DNA from: Styela clava
Lineage: Eukaryota
Direction: 5' to 3'
Assembly: GCF_964204865.1 (NCBI RefSeq)
Contig: NC_135263.1
Span: 13,950,001 to 14,014,000, forward strand
DNA: 64,000 bases
A program made the translations under genes and the position numbers. Below the pieces are notes generated by a model that did no database searches, had not been told where the DNA came from, and saw only the letters and a program-made list of their open reading frames with translations. This document shows, in pieces, positions 48,008-61,170 of the stretch (the stretch's first letter is position 1; every line of letters starts with the position of its first letter).

Positions 48008-50612
48008 TCATCTACATGCGCATGATGCAGCAACCATGTCCTTGTATCTTCTGAGCACTACGTAATCATTTTGGTCGAAATATAAAAGATTGATATCATA
48101 GAGTTTATCTGGAGCACAACATGGCATGGCGACAGGTTGATTGCCAAGTCCAAGTGTGTGCATTATGCTTTGTACTGTAGCGTGATTACTGGGGTTAAGA
48201 TTTTGTCCCAACGGAAATGAACATACACCCTTGCAGTGATATGCATTGTAGCCCTGTGGGTGAATTATCCATCCTGACCAACCCATTTCTTCAAAGTTGA
48301 CGTAAAGTGGATATCTTCTGCAGTTTCGAGACACCGTACCAGATTTATTCATATCAGAAAAAGTGCTGTGAGATTTGCTTCCAGCTTGAGAAGTAGGCTT
48401 TTCCGAGCTGTCTGCAAAATAGTCATAATCATCTGTGTTTGAAGTATATGCATCATTCCAAACATCATCGCTTTCAGAGTTTCCATCGTATTCACGATAT
48501 TGGTCAACAGTGAAAACTTCGGTATTTCTTTGAGTGCTTTCAGTATCTAGTTCCCTATTTTCGGTCACATCGCCTTGGCCGCGATTTTTTCCTCTTCTTG
48601 TTTTCCCATTGTTGCCTTGTTTCTTTTTGTTATTTTCTTTTGCTACAGATCGCCTTCGTCTTTTACTCTGCCTCTTTATATTCGTATTTTCATCTTCTTT
48701 TTCGATATTCAGTCTCCCCGATTCATGCAACTTGAGTTGTTTCAGTGCACCTACAAGAAATAATTACAACAATATAAGTTTAAACCTCTTATTGGAAGAT
48801 TTGTGCCCAATATGCAAATGTGACACATACTTAATGATTTGATGCTTCGTTTTGGCAGTGTGTCTGTTTCATTAGAAGCTCCATTTTTGTTATTTGCGAA
48901 CAATACTAGAATTGGCTGAAGACTTTCTCTATCGAGGACGTTTTCGATAACTTCGCCGTTTATTGTTATCATTTCTGTCATCAGACCGAAATTTGATCTT
49001 TCTGATATCATCCATTCTTTGACCTAAATTACAAGGGATGCGTTTAGGGTTGATATGCGATTGTGAGTAAAAAAGTAAAAATATAGGCATGAAAAACTTA
49101 CCGATTTCAATATGGGGAATATATGCCAACCACTGTGATGTGAGTGAACTCGCCTCGCAGAGATGAGTCGCTTGGTGGGTGTCGAAGACTCGGAGTCGGA
49201 CATCATCTGTTCAGAGCAAAATACACGTTTTAGTTATGATTTTACAAATCAATGGGCGCTCCGGAAGTATTCGTACCAAGAACCTAAACAGCCCTAACCC
49301 GGTACATATACTATGTTCAGGTTATGCGTCATCTTGGTACGAATACTTCGGGAGCACAAATCAATGTTTGATTTCAGTCGGCGAAACATAATGCTTTAAA
49401 ACTTGTTTGCCAAATATGTGGTGATGGGAGGACGATTATCAGGTTCGGTTCGATTTGGAACAAGAGGATTTCCCACATACATGTGGTATCGTTTGATTCA
49501 GTCATTCTATTAACTTTCATTAAATAAACAGTAAACCATATTTTATGTAAAGAAGAACCATATCTCTAAAGAGATTCACAGGGAACATCGGTTGTATAAC
49601 TATCACTGCAATAGTGGAAGTGTACCTACTTGATAGATTTTGATAATATATGTGCTTGAGTATGCATATTGCCGACGTCTGGTTTGCTGGAGAAGGTTTT
49701 CGTTCATCTTTCTTAAACTTCGTTGACTCTGAAATAAATGTAATTCAGCGTCCAATATGATTTCATCCTCGGTGACCGCGCTCAAGTTGAACTTGCAGAA
49801 GTGAGATCCCCTTTGATCTGAAATGCGCAAACTTCTGTAAGTCGCCTGCCTTGAATTGATCATCTCAGAAATCCAAAATTATAATTTCACACTATTAAAA
49901 TAGGTTAATATAAATGACTGAGCAAATGACAAATTTGTGGGAACAATAAATTCTTCTATTGCTATGTCGTAATTTCAAAACCTTTACAAATAAAAAATAT
50001 GAAACTAAATTATGACTATTTATTGAAACTCACCTATATTTGGTATACTTCTAACAGTATCTGCATCTAATAGTCCAGGAGATCGCGTTATTCCGTTATG
50101 ATCTGCTATCGCGTTGTATAAGTCAACCATGTACTTAGGCGGCTTTTTCGTCTTTTCGTGCATTGCAAACTCCGACAAGTTTTCTGGCACCTTATAAAAT
50201 AAATTTGTGATATTAGTATGATATTTATCAACACATTATGATTCATTAACACAAAAAGCCACTCCACTCCCGAAAAACTAGAAATTCTTAAAATCTGGAT
50301 AAGTACGATCAACTGTCTGATGCAGCTTTGTTTGCATACGTTAAAATTTATTGCAAATCAACTTACCTTCAAGCCTAGCACGCCAAGAAGTTCTTCCATC
50401 GCCCTGGTTCGCGATTCTCCCTCGTCAAAAACTGGATACAAAGTAGATTCGTAATCACCAACTGGCCATTCCATGCGATTTTCAGATTGAAAGTTATTTC
50501 TGTCCACTAAAACTGGTACCATGCGTTTCTGCTTCTTCTCTGGTACGTTCGGTCTACTTTCCGTCAATGCAGCAAAAAGTATGATGTGAAATATATACCC
50601 GAATGTTTCCAT
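48008..50612 (-). CDS. Admp: Anti-dorsalizing morphogenetic protein (TGF-beta/BMP family), 6 exons
   Basis: Exons: 50612-50367 (signal peptide), 50190-50034 (PPKYMVDLYNAIAD..GITR...DTVRS), 49817-49630 (FNLS...EIILDAELHLF), 49206-49102 (SGWHIF), 49023-48831 (QPILVLF), 48750-48008. The mature domain has the ADMP-typical FPLGQNLNPSNHATVQSI...PCCAPDKLYDINLLYFD. Pinhead lies directly upstream. Confidence 0.92.
49255..49358. mobile_element. GG-ended 8-bp-TSD MITE in Admp intron 3
   Basis: GGCGCTCCGGAAGTATTCGTACCAAGA ... TCTTGGTACGAATACTTCGGGAGCACA. TSD AATCAATG at 49247-49254 and 49359-49366. Confidence 0.85.
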
Positions 50613-53400
50613 ATTAACTGATCTACTTGTATGCACTGGATAAAATACAGAACAAAGTGAGGTATTTACCCATACAACTAGGATGCTGTGAATGACAGCG
50701 GGTAACCGAGTCTACGTTTATAACTTCTCTACGTGCTATTTTTCTGTTATTCTTTCTCGGAGCTTAAATTAAATCCTCACTTTTATCCAAATTCATTCTA
50801 GTCTAATCCTATGGAATTAATTTCCTACTACAAGAGATTAAAACTGAGGCAAATCGCTCTATTATCTAAGCCGTTTGCGGTCGTACATCAGGTGTGAATC
50901 CGCGGCGTGTTCGCACCTGCGACCAACCGGGACTAATTTCCACCTTGACTAAGATGATCCCCTCGAATAACAAACGGCAAAGAAAGATCGCGGTAACGAC
51001 TTCTTTAACGCAAACTACATTGTTCTAGATCTAAAAAACAAAACAAAAAAAAACGATTCCGTTTTTGTTAATCCCATTTGGAGCGATCTATCGTTTTTCG
51101 TATTATGTTATGCAGTAGGCCGTAATGATTTTCCAAATCTACATCGTAAACCCTGCCTTCATTAAACATCAGGAACAATGGAGGCGTGAAATGACACCCT
51201 CCGGTTGTTATTTACTTTGATCAAAGCTGTCGTTATCAGCTTCTTCTTATCTATTTAATTACAACGTTAGGTTCGCAAAAATGACAATGTTTTTGTAACA
51301 AATTGCTTTGTCCTGTTATGTTTAATTAAATTTGTTCAATATGCGGGAAGAAATTATCAATAGGAATATAGTAACATGACATAAAACAATGAACGTGTAT
51401 TCTTAAATCTAAGTTCTAAATGCTCCTTATATATTTATTTTTCTTCTCATTTCGTCAAGCTTTTAATATTTTTGGCAAATATAATACCTTCGTAAGTATT
51501 CTTGGAAATTTAATAAATGCAAGCTAATAAGAGTGGTTTTAGATAAACGGCTATACTTGGGTCTTCTTCTTTAAAAATGATAAAAAAAGATTTCTACTGA
51601 CTATTCCATTTATTCAACATCTAACACTAATTTTCAAATGACTGCGACCTCTAACATTAGAAACATATCGTGAAAACATATTGCCAAAATATGTCATCTT
51701 CAAAATGTTGATATCTTCCATCATCAACATCATTTTCTGAAATGGCAATCTTGCCATTTATATGGAATGTTTATCTACTATGCCGTTTTGTATTTTGGAA
51801 TACTTGTATGACATCTGCGTTAGATCTACAACCTTGTTATATTTATTGTACTTATCTTTGTTTAATTTGTACTTGACATAACATAGATAATCTAGTTCTT
51901 ACATAGATAAATTATACACTTATTTCTTCATTAGTTGAATGAATCCAAGCTGTGCTTTTGAAAAATTCATGCGATTATTCAGTTTTCCAAGTTACCAAAG
52001 TGCGTTTTTGTTTAAATATAAATATCCCATCAAACGTGACTCGACGATATATATATTCGAATAGTTCGATCTATATATGACCTCGTCTGACAAATATTAG
52101 TTTAATAACCAAAATCAAACGATTGTAAAATAAAAACCATGCTACATTTTTCAAATATTGTAATGATAACTCTTAGATATGGCAAAGCAAACACCGCCAA
52201 ATGAAGTCGGTTAAACACCTGTGTGTAGCTTTAAACAGGTGATGTATTATTTGCGTGTTATAATGCGTTGTTCGAATTCTTATGAATTTTTCTATTGTGT
52301 TGACCCATTGGCATTTTATAAATTTGTACTTCCGATACATTGTGTATCAAAATCGCGCAGGTGCTATTCCATTATACAGGAGAAAATATCGTTCTATTAA
52401 TATATTATGTAGCAACGTCGTTGGTAAGGCCCGCTGTAAACAACCAATAAATTTTGTCTGGGACAGCTGAATGGGCAAAATTCCTACATAAAAATAGACT
52501 GATCAGGAAATGATAAATGCCACAACTTATGGCTGAAATACAAACTCAAAATGCTCAACTAGAATCCATAATTGCTGATACTTTTAGCACGTTAAATTCA
52601 GAGCAGATGTACCTTACGAGATATCAATAGATGTACAACATTGTAGGATATGGCTAACGTGTAAAATTTTATTCTAATGATAATTATTGAAGGAAAATAC
52701 GTTGGATTATTTAATTCTAACACAGAAGATTTTTTTGTCTTGAATGAGAACGACAACAGATTATTTTTCTCTTGAAGAAGCCAAAATTCCAGATGTAGCT
52801 AATTATCAATATCGTTTGTGTTCCGATTGCGCGTAGCCATCACACCTGTGTTAATAAAGGGATTTGGCTGATAATAAATCACGAATCACGAGGTTAATCA
52901 CGAATGCCGATGTAATTATCAGATACTATTATTTAATTGACCCGACATTTACAACCCCCAGGCCTGCTAATCGAGTGCGAATATATTTGTTGTCCGAGAA
53001 ATACCACGTTGAATTTTTGTTTTAACGATTTCGACCAATTTCATTCAACTGATAAGTCCAATTCAAATTATTCTAAAATTAGCAAATTCCCAATAGTAAA
53101 CGCATCCGTACGTGATGGGTTAGCGCTTTGATACATTTCATTCGTATACTTGATTCAAAGGGCCAGCTGAACAACTCTAATCTTCATTAAAACATCCCAA
53201 TCGAAAAACAACAACATTATTGTGGTTATCAAATTTATTAAATTCATCTAAAGGGTTATTTGTCTTCTTTCGTTTTGCTTTGTTGCTTTTTGCGCCACCT
53301 CGCAGCTGCAATATCCAACGTCGAACTTCGCCCTCCATAGAGTTTGTACGAAGATTCCTGGTATCGGACTAATCTTCGAAGAAGTCCCAGATCAAATGCT

Positions 53401-54947
53401 TCATGTACATCCGCATTTTCGAATTTGTGTGACAGATGTCTTTTCTCCATCTATATTTATATACGAAATGTTGTGTACCCTGGTCGGCGCACATTTGACG
53501 TCTGCAATCTCCAGCGCCATCAAACAACGACTTTTGTCTCCTTTCTTATGTTTGTGATCTTTTACGACGCATTTCTTCAAGGAACCACAGGAACCCACGC
53601 ATTTTCCCACATCTACAACCTGGAAAACGATATTTCTTTGTTATTTTGTGCGGCAGAAAATCTAGCTCATTTTTGAGTATACGATTTTGTACTGTTAATC
53701 AGAATACCATTTACAGGCACATTCAACATCATCCGTTATTTCCCAACAGTTTCCCACATGAATGATAGATATATTTACCTTGGTTTTAGTCGCCATTCTC
53801 CCTTTTCCACGTGTTATAAGCTCAGTGACGGCGACATTGTGATGCTGCCTGTAGCAGGCTTGCTCACAGTTGCATCCCGTTACAACCTCGATGCTGATAA
53901 TTCCGTTTGGTCCCGGGATGGAATGAGTTTCCGTTCTTACTTCTCGACAAACTTTGTGATCTAAAATGAGACAGTAGTCGTAAGTATTGATATTAATGGC
54001 ATCGGAATGAAAGTACTTTGGTTATAAACTCACGTTTTGCATTTTTACAACCTCCAAGGCATTGACCAACATCAACATTCGCTTCAAATTTTGTCCCGGG
54101 GAAGAATTTTTTCACTTTTGGAACGCGTTCACAAGATTTTACCACTTCGCGACAATCACACGATTCAATGACATCAATGAACTGTGGCCCGTTATTCGTT
54201 GTCATTGCTTCAACTCTCATCATTGATGGACTGCATTCTCGTTCGAGCCCTCCGGATTTTGAACAAACGTCATTCTTTGTCTGAAAATTTTCAGTAAATG
54301 TTGCTAGCTATGACTACCAATTACTTCGCTATGTAAAAATTGTAGGTCGTCATTCTTTATCCCAAATACAGTAATAACAACATGTCCAATCAATAATTTT
54401 CTGTGATTGCAGTATAACTTTGCGATGTATCTTCACTGCGCTCTAACAGTGTTTAAACTATATATCAAACTTTTTGATTGTCTGATAGTAAACCACAATG
54501 CAAATAATTTGAACAATATGTTGAACAATACTAACCTTTTTTTCTAAAATTCGTTCCAGTACACTCTGATAATCGTTTTCATCATTAACATGACAAGACG
54601 CCTCGCAGCGACCAACGTCAACCTTGACTTCATGTCCGGATGTATCTACAAAAAAGCGATGAATGTCGTTGGAATATATATGCTTTATTTATATTAGTGA
54701 ATTTACAAAGCACAAACTGTGAGATTAAAAGCGTGAGCTTAGTTACCATGGCCGAGAACTTGAATTAAAGGTGATCGCCTGCAGCAGACTGTTCGATGAG
54801 AACTCGATGCTGTAACTGTAAAATAAATATTAATTGAATGCCGAATTCTAAAACAAATTCAAATTTAGTTTAAAACTCACCGCTTGATAGACAAACAAAT
54901 ACAAGACATAAAACTGATGTGCGGAGATTTCTATCTTGTGTATTCAT
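53401..54947 (-). CDS. Pinhead: Pinhead, secreted protein with three cystine-knot-like repeats, 6 exons
   Basis: Exons: 54947-54881 (signal peptide), 54815-54747, 54645-54536, 54280-54034, 53960-53779, 53619-53401. Three repeats VDVGRCEASC / VDVGQCLGGC / VDVGKCVGSC, each ending in C-x-C. Same orientation as, and directly upstream of, Admp. Confidence 0.88.
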
Positions 54948-55099
54948 CCTTGTCAACTATGTCCTTGTAGATATTGCAGAATTTTTGATATATGGTGGCA
55001 TGTTAGTGATGATGCCAGTTATATACTCTTTTCGCAATTATGCTGCAGACTGAATGTCTCCGATCAATTATCGTCGTGTAGTATTAATGCAGCGACAAA

Positions 55100-55338
55100 G
55101 CAAAAGTCTGGCCGATTTGTCGTCTATCCGCCAGGCGACTCGAGTCGAAAACAATAAAAGCAGACAGAATCACGTAGCCAGTGAGTAGACCAAGACGCCG
55201 ACGACGTCTAAATTGCTGGACAAATCCGCAGCAATTAGTTACAACAAAACACGTGTCGCGTGTCAGAGTGAAGAACATCCTATTTAGTGATCCATCAACA
55301 ATTATCAAACCAATGATTTAAATTCAGACGACGCCACT
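55100..55338. promoter_or_regulatory. Candidate BMP/Smad-responsive element upstream of Pinhead
   Basis: GC-rich island with clustered GTCT/AGAC and GACGCC/GGCG motifs, e.g. GTAGACCAAGACGCCGACGACGTCT at 55185-55209 and CAGACGACGCC at 55325-55335. Confidence 0.35.
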
Positions 55339-55346
55339 GTGTAAGT

Positions 55347-56016
55347 CAGGGTCGTCCAACTTTTTCGGCCGAAGGACCACATGTAGTTTACTAATAATTG
55401 CGCGGGCCACTTAACATGGTAGTTATGTTCTAGTTTTGCTACACTGACTACAGGTTAATGAAAAAACAAACGATACCCTCACACCAAACTTTCACAATAA
55501 AACTGTTGTTTCCCAGCCATTGATAGTGCGCCATCAGTGGTTATTCCCGAAAGTTTCGCCAAAGACAAGCCAAGACGCTTGATCATTTTTATCACAGCTC
55601 CCAACAAGTCAATGCCTCTAGTCGAGTTATGGTCTGTCAAGACGGCTATTTGTGCAAACACTTCTTTTATTTCCGGACGTAAAACATTGGCAACCCGAAC
55701 AATACATAATATACATTTCTTAAGGTTTTCTCAATCTCAGAATAGCTTTGATTGTTTTAGGATAACATCATATAAAGTAGTAAAATTCCAAGTGTGTAAG
55801 CGACTATGGCACCTGTATCGATATCTCCCAGTTGGTTTCGATTCAAGATGGCACTCATGGCTCGTTTGAAAGGGCTGACAGAGCCCATTTTAGGAAAATG
55901 AACAAATCGTTTGTATCAGATTTTTGTATACTACATCACTCGAAAAATAGTTTCACCCCATTTTTTTTTATTCAATTCTGAAAAATACAGCGCGGGCCAC
56001 GGGCTGGATGACCTTG
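55347..56016 (-). mobile_element. Internally deleted hAT (Charlie/Buster-type) transposon with a transposase fragment
   Basis: Perfect 8-bp TSD GTGTAAGT at 55339-55346 and 56017-56024. Imperfect TIR CAGGGTCGTCCA / TGGATGACCTTG and subterminal GCGGGCCAC motifs. Minus-strand peptide TRGIDLL...KLSGITTDGALSMAGK contains a TDGA.SM transposase motif. Confidence 0.9.
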
Positions 56017-58977
56017 GTGTAAGTACTAAGACGTCCGTAAATCTGGATTCACAGATTTGTGCTACGTATGCTGCAAAATCTCAGTTACATAATGTAGATT
56101 ATTCAATTTATTGATTAGAAATTGGTGAAAAAATATGAGCATTTTGCCAAGCAATAAAGTATTATCAACCTCAATCTCTTTTTCAGGAGGACCTATTTAT
56201 TGCTGCGGCATTCCGTTATTTTCGTTATTTGGATGCTGTCATGCTGATATAATACTAAGTTATAATTCAATACTCATAAGATTTGAAGAGGAGTCGCGAA
56301 AGACTGAGTGAGTCATCCTGTCAGCGACATCTTGTAGCTGAGTCCAAGCAACACATATGGCAAAAAACACAATCATGAAATGTACAATAGATTAGTAACT
56401 GGAACTAGAGTCCATATAAGTTTCAAAACTTGAATTTTCAAAAATGCAAATCCAAATAATCTATACCTAATCAATGATCCGCATTATCATTTTACGGGAC
56501 TAACTAATTGCCTGCCACCTTGTGGTACATGGACTGGTAACCTTCATATCTTAACCGTAATTGCCGATACAAATCTCCAAAAAAACTATCGCTTAGCTGT
56601 GTTGGAATAATACAATGCATCGCTGATTTCCTCCCACGTGACCTCTACGCAAAACTATTTATTACGTTCAACGTTGTTATAGCGCATTCCTCACCCGCAC
56701 TGTATGGATGATGGTTTGGACCTTTTTTTATTAAAAAATAAAATAATCCACAAAATAATGGATGGCTAGGGCCAGGCATGATCGGCTGCTGGGTCGTTGC
56801 GTGACAGCACGTTATATAATCTGACCAAGCTTGAAACACACTGCATAACAATATTCATTTAACAATTAACATAATAATTTGTTTAACTATTTGAGCAATG
56901 AAGTATCTGTGCGACCGTAGTAGTATATATTTACGGTGCGACACAGACTAATATGCGTTGAATACGATAGTGAGATGACGGACCCGCGATACCATTGGCG
57001 CTAACAATAAGGGTGAATTTTAACCCCAGATAATATGCTTCCAGACTTGTACTTACGTTATAAGCTCGTAAAGTAAAGTTACTATGATCTTGATTTTTTA
57101 CTTTGGTAATGAAGCCTATAATATTCAATTATTATTCCCATTCTGACTCAGGCTGAAATGGGCAAATATTATCCTGTCGTACAAGTCCCGTATCAACAAA
57201 TTTCTACCGGCATTCCTGTTGTACAAAAAATATGCATCCTAGCGCAGATGTACTCAACTTCCCAGGTAAAAGGGCCGCTTTTGACCACAAAAGATGCGAC
57301 GGGCCACAGGATATTATTACCATGTATTTGTACTATTTAATTCATTTATTAGTCCGATACTGATGTTTAATATGCATGGATAGCATTCGTAGGTTTGCAG
57401 TTGCAATTTCTCCCCTAGCGAGAACTAGAACAGAATTTTACAACATTGGAAAAAATAGAATTATACCTAACAGCAACAATGTTTTCCAACTACAAATACG
57501 TTTTACAATTGGTTTAATCTTAATGAGAGTTCTGAGTCTGCTTTCTGTTCCCAAGTATTTTAAAAAAAAATTTCCTAAGATCACAACCAGATGGATATTG
57601 AACTCTGTGCGAAGCTGTTCGTGGTGTCGCGCGAATTTGCGTGCTTGGGCACAATAATTACATATGGGTTTCCCATTTATCTCTGTAAAAGCAAATTCAT
57701 TGCTCCATGCAAAGTTAAAAACCCTGTTTTCGTCGTTTATTCTCTTTCTTCTTTGTCGACATGACTTATTCCCTTCTGAGAAATTTTTCTGAGGTCAAGG
57801 GTCCGGAAAACGTCCATTGTCTTGTCAACTTTGCAGTAGTTTTTTTCTCAGCTGTATGAACGCACAAATTATTTTCCCAAAAAATTGTTAATGTACGGTG
57901 AATGTCGTTGTCAAACAGAATTTTACTCAATGCGAGATTCTCCTCATATTCGAGATTTTGCTGAGAGTATTTCGATAATAGTTTAATGACTCGGGATGCC
58001 AGAGTATGTATATATACACTGCTGGGCATAAAGGCACATAATATCCGCCGTACAGAAAGAAGAGTTTTACTTGCTAACAGGCAATCCACGGTATAGTATT
58101 GTAATCGATTTGAAGGCGCAGACGTAAGCAGGAAGGTTAACCTTGTAAATTTGATTATGGATGGGCGGGTGGGCACTTGCACGATTAGTGTGTTTTTTTA
58201 AAAATGGTGGAATTAATTTTGCAAGCAATCCATGTCTCGCACGTATAAACAACCAATGAAAGTTACCAAAGACGCGTTACCAGATATTTGCAGGATTTTT
58301 CAAGTCAAAGACAAACTGTTTACAAGAGTACGATACGAGAGTTTATTTTCAACGGGGTGAAAAGCAATCACGCGTTTAATCTGTGTGTTCTTCAGAAGTT
58401 TAGCCTTTGTATATATCATTATGGACGCGCTTTTAACTAATATTTCAGGTGGTCTGTTTGCAGATCTGTTTATCGCTTGATTTCAAATTTCAAAAGTCTC
58501 TGGTCTAATTTTGTTATTATACAGGTTCTAATCAGTTCTTACAGGGAAAAGTAGCGGCTCCTTTTATCGTTTACATGAATGCGAAAATAATATTTACATA
58601 TTTTGTTTTTCAAATGGAGTTTTCTAAAATATTTGATTTTCATTTGAATGTTGCCTGCAAAATTTAGATTTTTCATGGAGGACTCAAAACTACATCATTA
58701 CAACAAGTGTCCGTTTTCACAAATCTACTTTTTCCGAAAAGCTTTTCAGGACGAATGACATCATACCGTCGTTTTGCGGTTGAGCCAGACATAAAACTGA
58801 AAATCACGCCCGCTGTTTAACCTTGGTATGAATTCGGGAGTTTTGTAATCTGATTTGTTACGTATTGAAAAAAAAATACAACTTGCCGTGGGCAATTGTT
58901 TCTCGTAAAGCAATGACTGTTGTGTCAAAAGTTGTTTAATATACTAATCACAAGCAGATATTGGGTTATGCTCGCAG

Positions 58978-60766
58978 GTTTACTTGATGCATCGAGATTG
59001 CACGAGTCAAAAAATCAACAATATACCTGAAGAGGATTTTGTGAGCAGTCGTAGCGGGGTTCGAGTGGGTAAAGCAGGGCCTCCTGGACCGCCAGGACGG
59101 CGGGGAGAAGCAGCAGTGATAAACTACTCAAAGATTTTTGCCAAAATGGAACAAAAGTTTGAAAGTAAAGTTTTAATATTTCGATTGTTACCGTAAGCAA
59201 TATACCACTAATAAACGCACTTCACTGACTTGTGTACATCTGAATTATAAATTGACGTAGATCACGTATAGTTATCACATAACCTAAACTATAAAACGAA
59301 TAATTTAAAAAGAGAGTCTCCTTTCACTTTGACGATACATAATCTCAACACTAAACACGTAGCGAGTGACGATTTTTAACGCTTCCTTACTTACTGTTCA
59401 AGATCTTAAATTGGAGTTTGATAAAAAATCATTGATGTATGACGAGATGGCTGAGCAAACAAAGAGGAATCAGATTTTGATTGAAGAACTTCAAAAAAGT
59501 AAGACTTACAAAATTTAACCACTTTCGAATTACCTAAATCAGTACATAATGCCTATATAGTGCAGATCTAACAAAAATGCATTTCTTTACCTTAGTTTAT
59601 CTTCCTACCTGAGGATATGTTTACAAGCAATTTTGAATAAATCATACAAATATGATTCAATCAACAATAGTAGATTGCCAAACCGTGAAGCCTGAATACG
59701 CAAAATCAACTGATGAAAAAAGAGGAGTGTACGATATTTTCAGGAATAACAAACGTTCTCTTGCGTTACGAAGTATATTGCGATCTTACTACGGATGATG
59801 GAGGATGGATCGTAAGAGTTTTTAAATATCGCAGTATTTTGAATATCGATTATTTTAGACTGGTTGATCTAATGGGACTGTATTGGCATTGCGGTTATAA
59901 GATTTTGAACTCCAACCATGCGCCCACCAGCCCATCTTAAGTAATAAATTTTATTAAGTCTATATACTTACTTTGCAGGTGTTTCAGCGTCGTCAAGATG
60001 GATCGGAAAATTTGTACAGTACATGGAATGACTACGCTGAGGGATTTGGAAACAAAACAGGAGAATTTTGGTTAGGTAAAGTAATTTACTCGTTAGCTTT
60101 AACATGAACGTTATTTTCGGCCTTCAATGATCATCCTATGTTAATAATTCTAAAATACCATCTGTCAGGTCTAGTCGCTTTGCATGCATTGACGCTTAAC
60201 GGAGAATACTAATTGCGAATTGATCTTTCGGATAAAGAAGGTAACACAGCATACGCCAAATACAGATGATCATTTAGGTTGAATCTTATAATAAATGCAT
60301 GTGGGTGTATTGGGAAAAATGCAATCGAATCTTAGATTGAGCGATTATAAGTTGCATTAAAAGATAATAGAGAATTCAATATTGAAAAATTAACAAAATT
60401 CACATTTCATTTAAAGCAGCATTTCTATTCCTATGGTGATATTTCATCACCTTTTCCATCAAAGCTATATCTACCAATTACGTGTTGAATGTAGGGGGTT
60501 ACAGTGGGACTGCTGGTGATTCTATGACGTACCACAATAAAAGGCTTTTTTCAACACGAGATCAAGATAACGAAAAATGGAGTTTGCATTGCGCAGATTT
60601 TACAAGGGGAGGATGGTGGTTTGAAACTTGTATGTATTCTCATTTAAATGGAAACTACAACGGAAAAGGTGATACAAGAACCGGTTCTGCTGGGTTGTAC
60701 TGGCATCACTGGAAAACATCGTGTTACTCCCTTGGAGGTACTAAAATGATGTTTCGTAAGAGTTAA
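58978..60766 (+). pseudogene. Ficolin/angiopoietin-like fibrinogen-related (FReD) gene with short collagen and coiled coil, disrupted
   Basis: Exons: 58978-59164 (GKAGPPGPPGRRGE), 59403-59498, 59671-59811 (VYCDLTTDDGGW), 59979-60075 ([12 protein letters not shown]...GEFWLG), 60169-60265, ~60449-60766 (FSTRDQDN, GGWWF..C..SHLNG). Lesions: frameshift near 59740, in-frame TAA at 60210-60212, donor GT>AT at 60266, acceptor AG>AT near 60448. The first exon was not identified. Confidence 0.8.
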
Positions 60767-61170
60767 TCGCAATGAAAAGCGATTGAAACATTCCGAAACA
60801 GAAATCTTAACTTCACTGAATCGGTATCAGCAAATATAATGTTTAGTTTTATAGTATAATTACTACAGGTCTATAGAGAAGATGTTTTCAGACGAGATGG
60901 AAATAATTTTGCGAGAACGGGCTTTTACGCGAATGATGATGCGTATATAATAAACTAAATATCAAAATTTTGATAAAGTTTTTTTTTTTTTGAAAACTGA
61001 CTTTAAATGTTACAGGCAAGAAAAAAAAATATTTTTCATGAAAAACGCAATGGCTAATGTTGGACTTAAAGTAGCAAACAACTGCATAATATGCCGATTG
61101 CATATACTAATGACAATTCAATGAAATCGACGTTTCCATTTCCGGCTGCTTCGATCGCTAATTATAGGAA

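Noticed and set aside
48008-48330. TGF-beta ligand as BMP2/4 or BMP5-8
   Set aside because: PLGQ, HATVQSI, PDKL and INLLYFD, together with the adjacent Pinhead, indicate ADMP.
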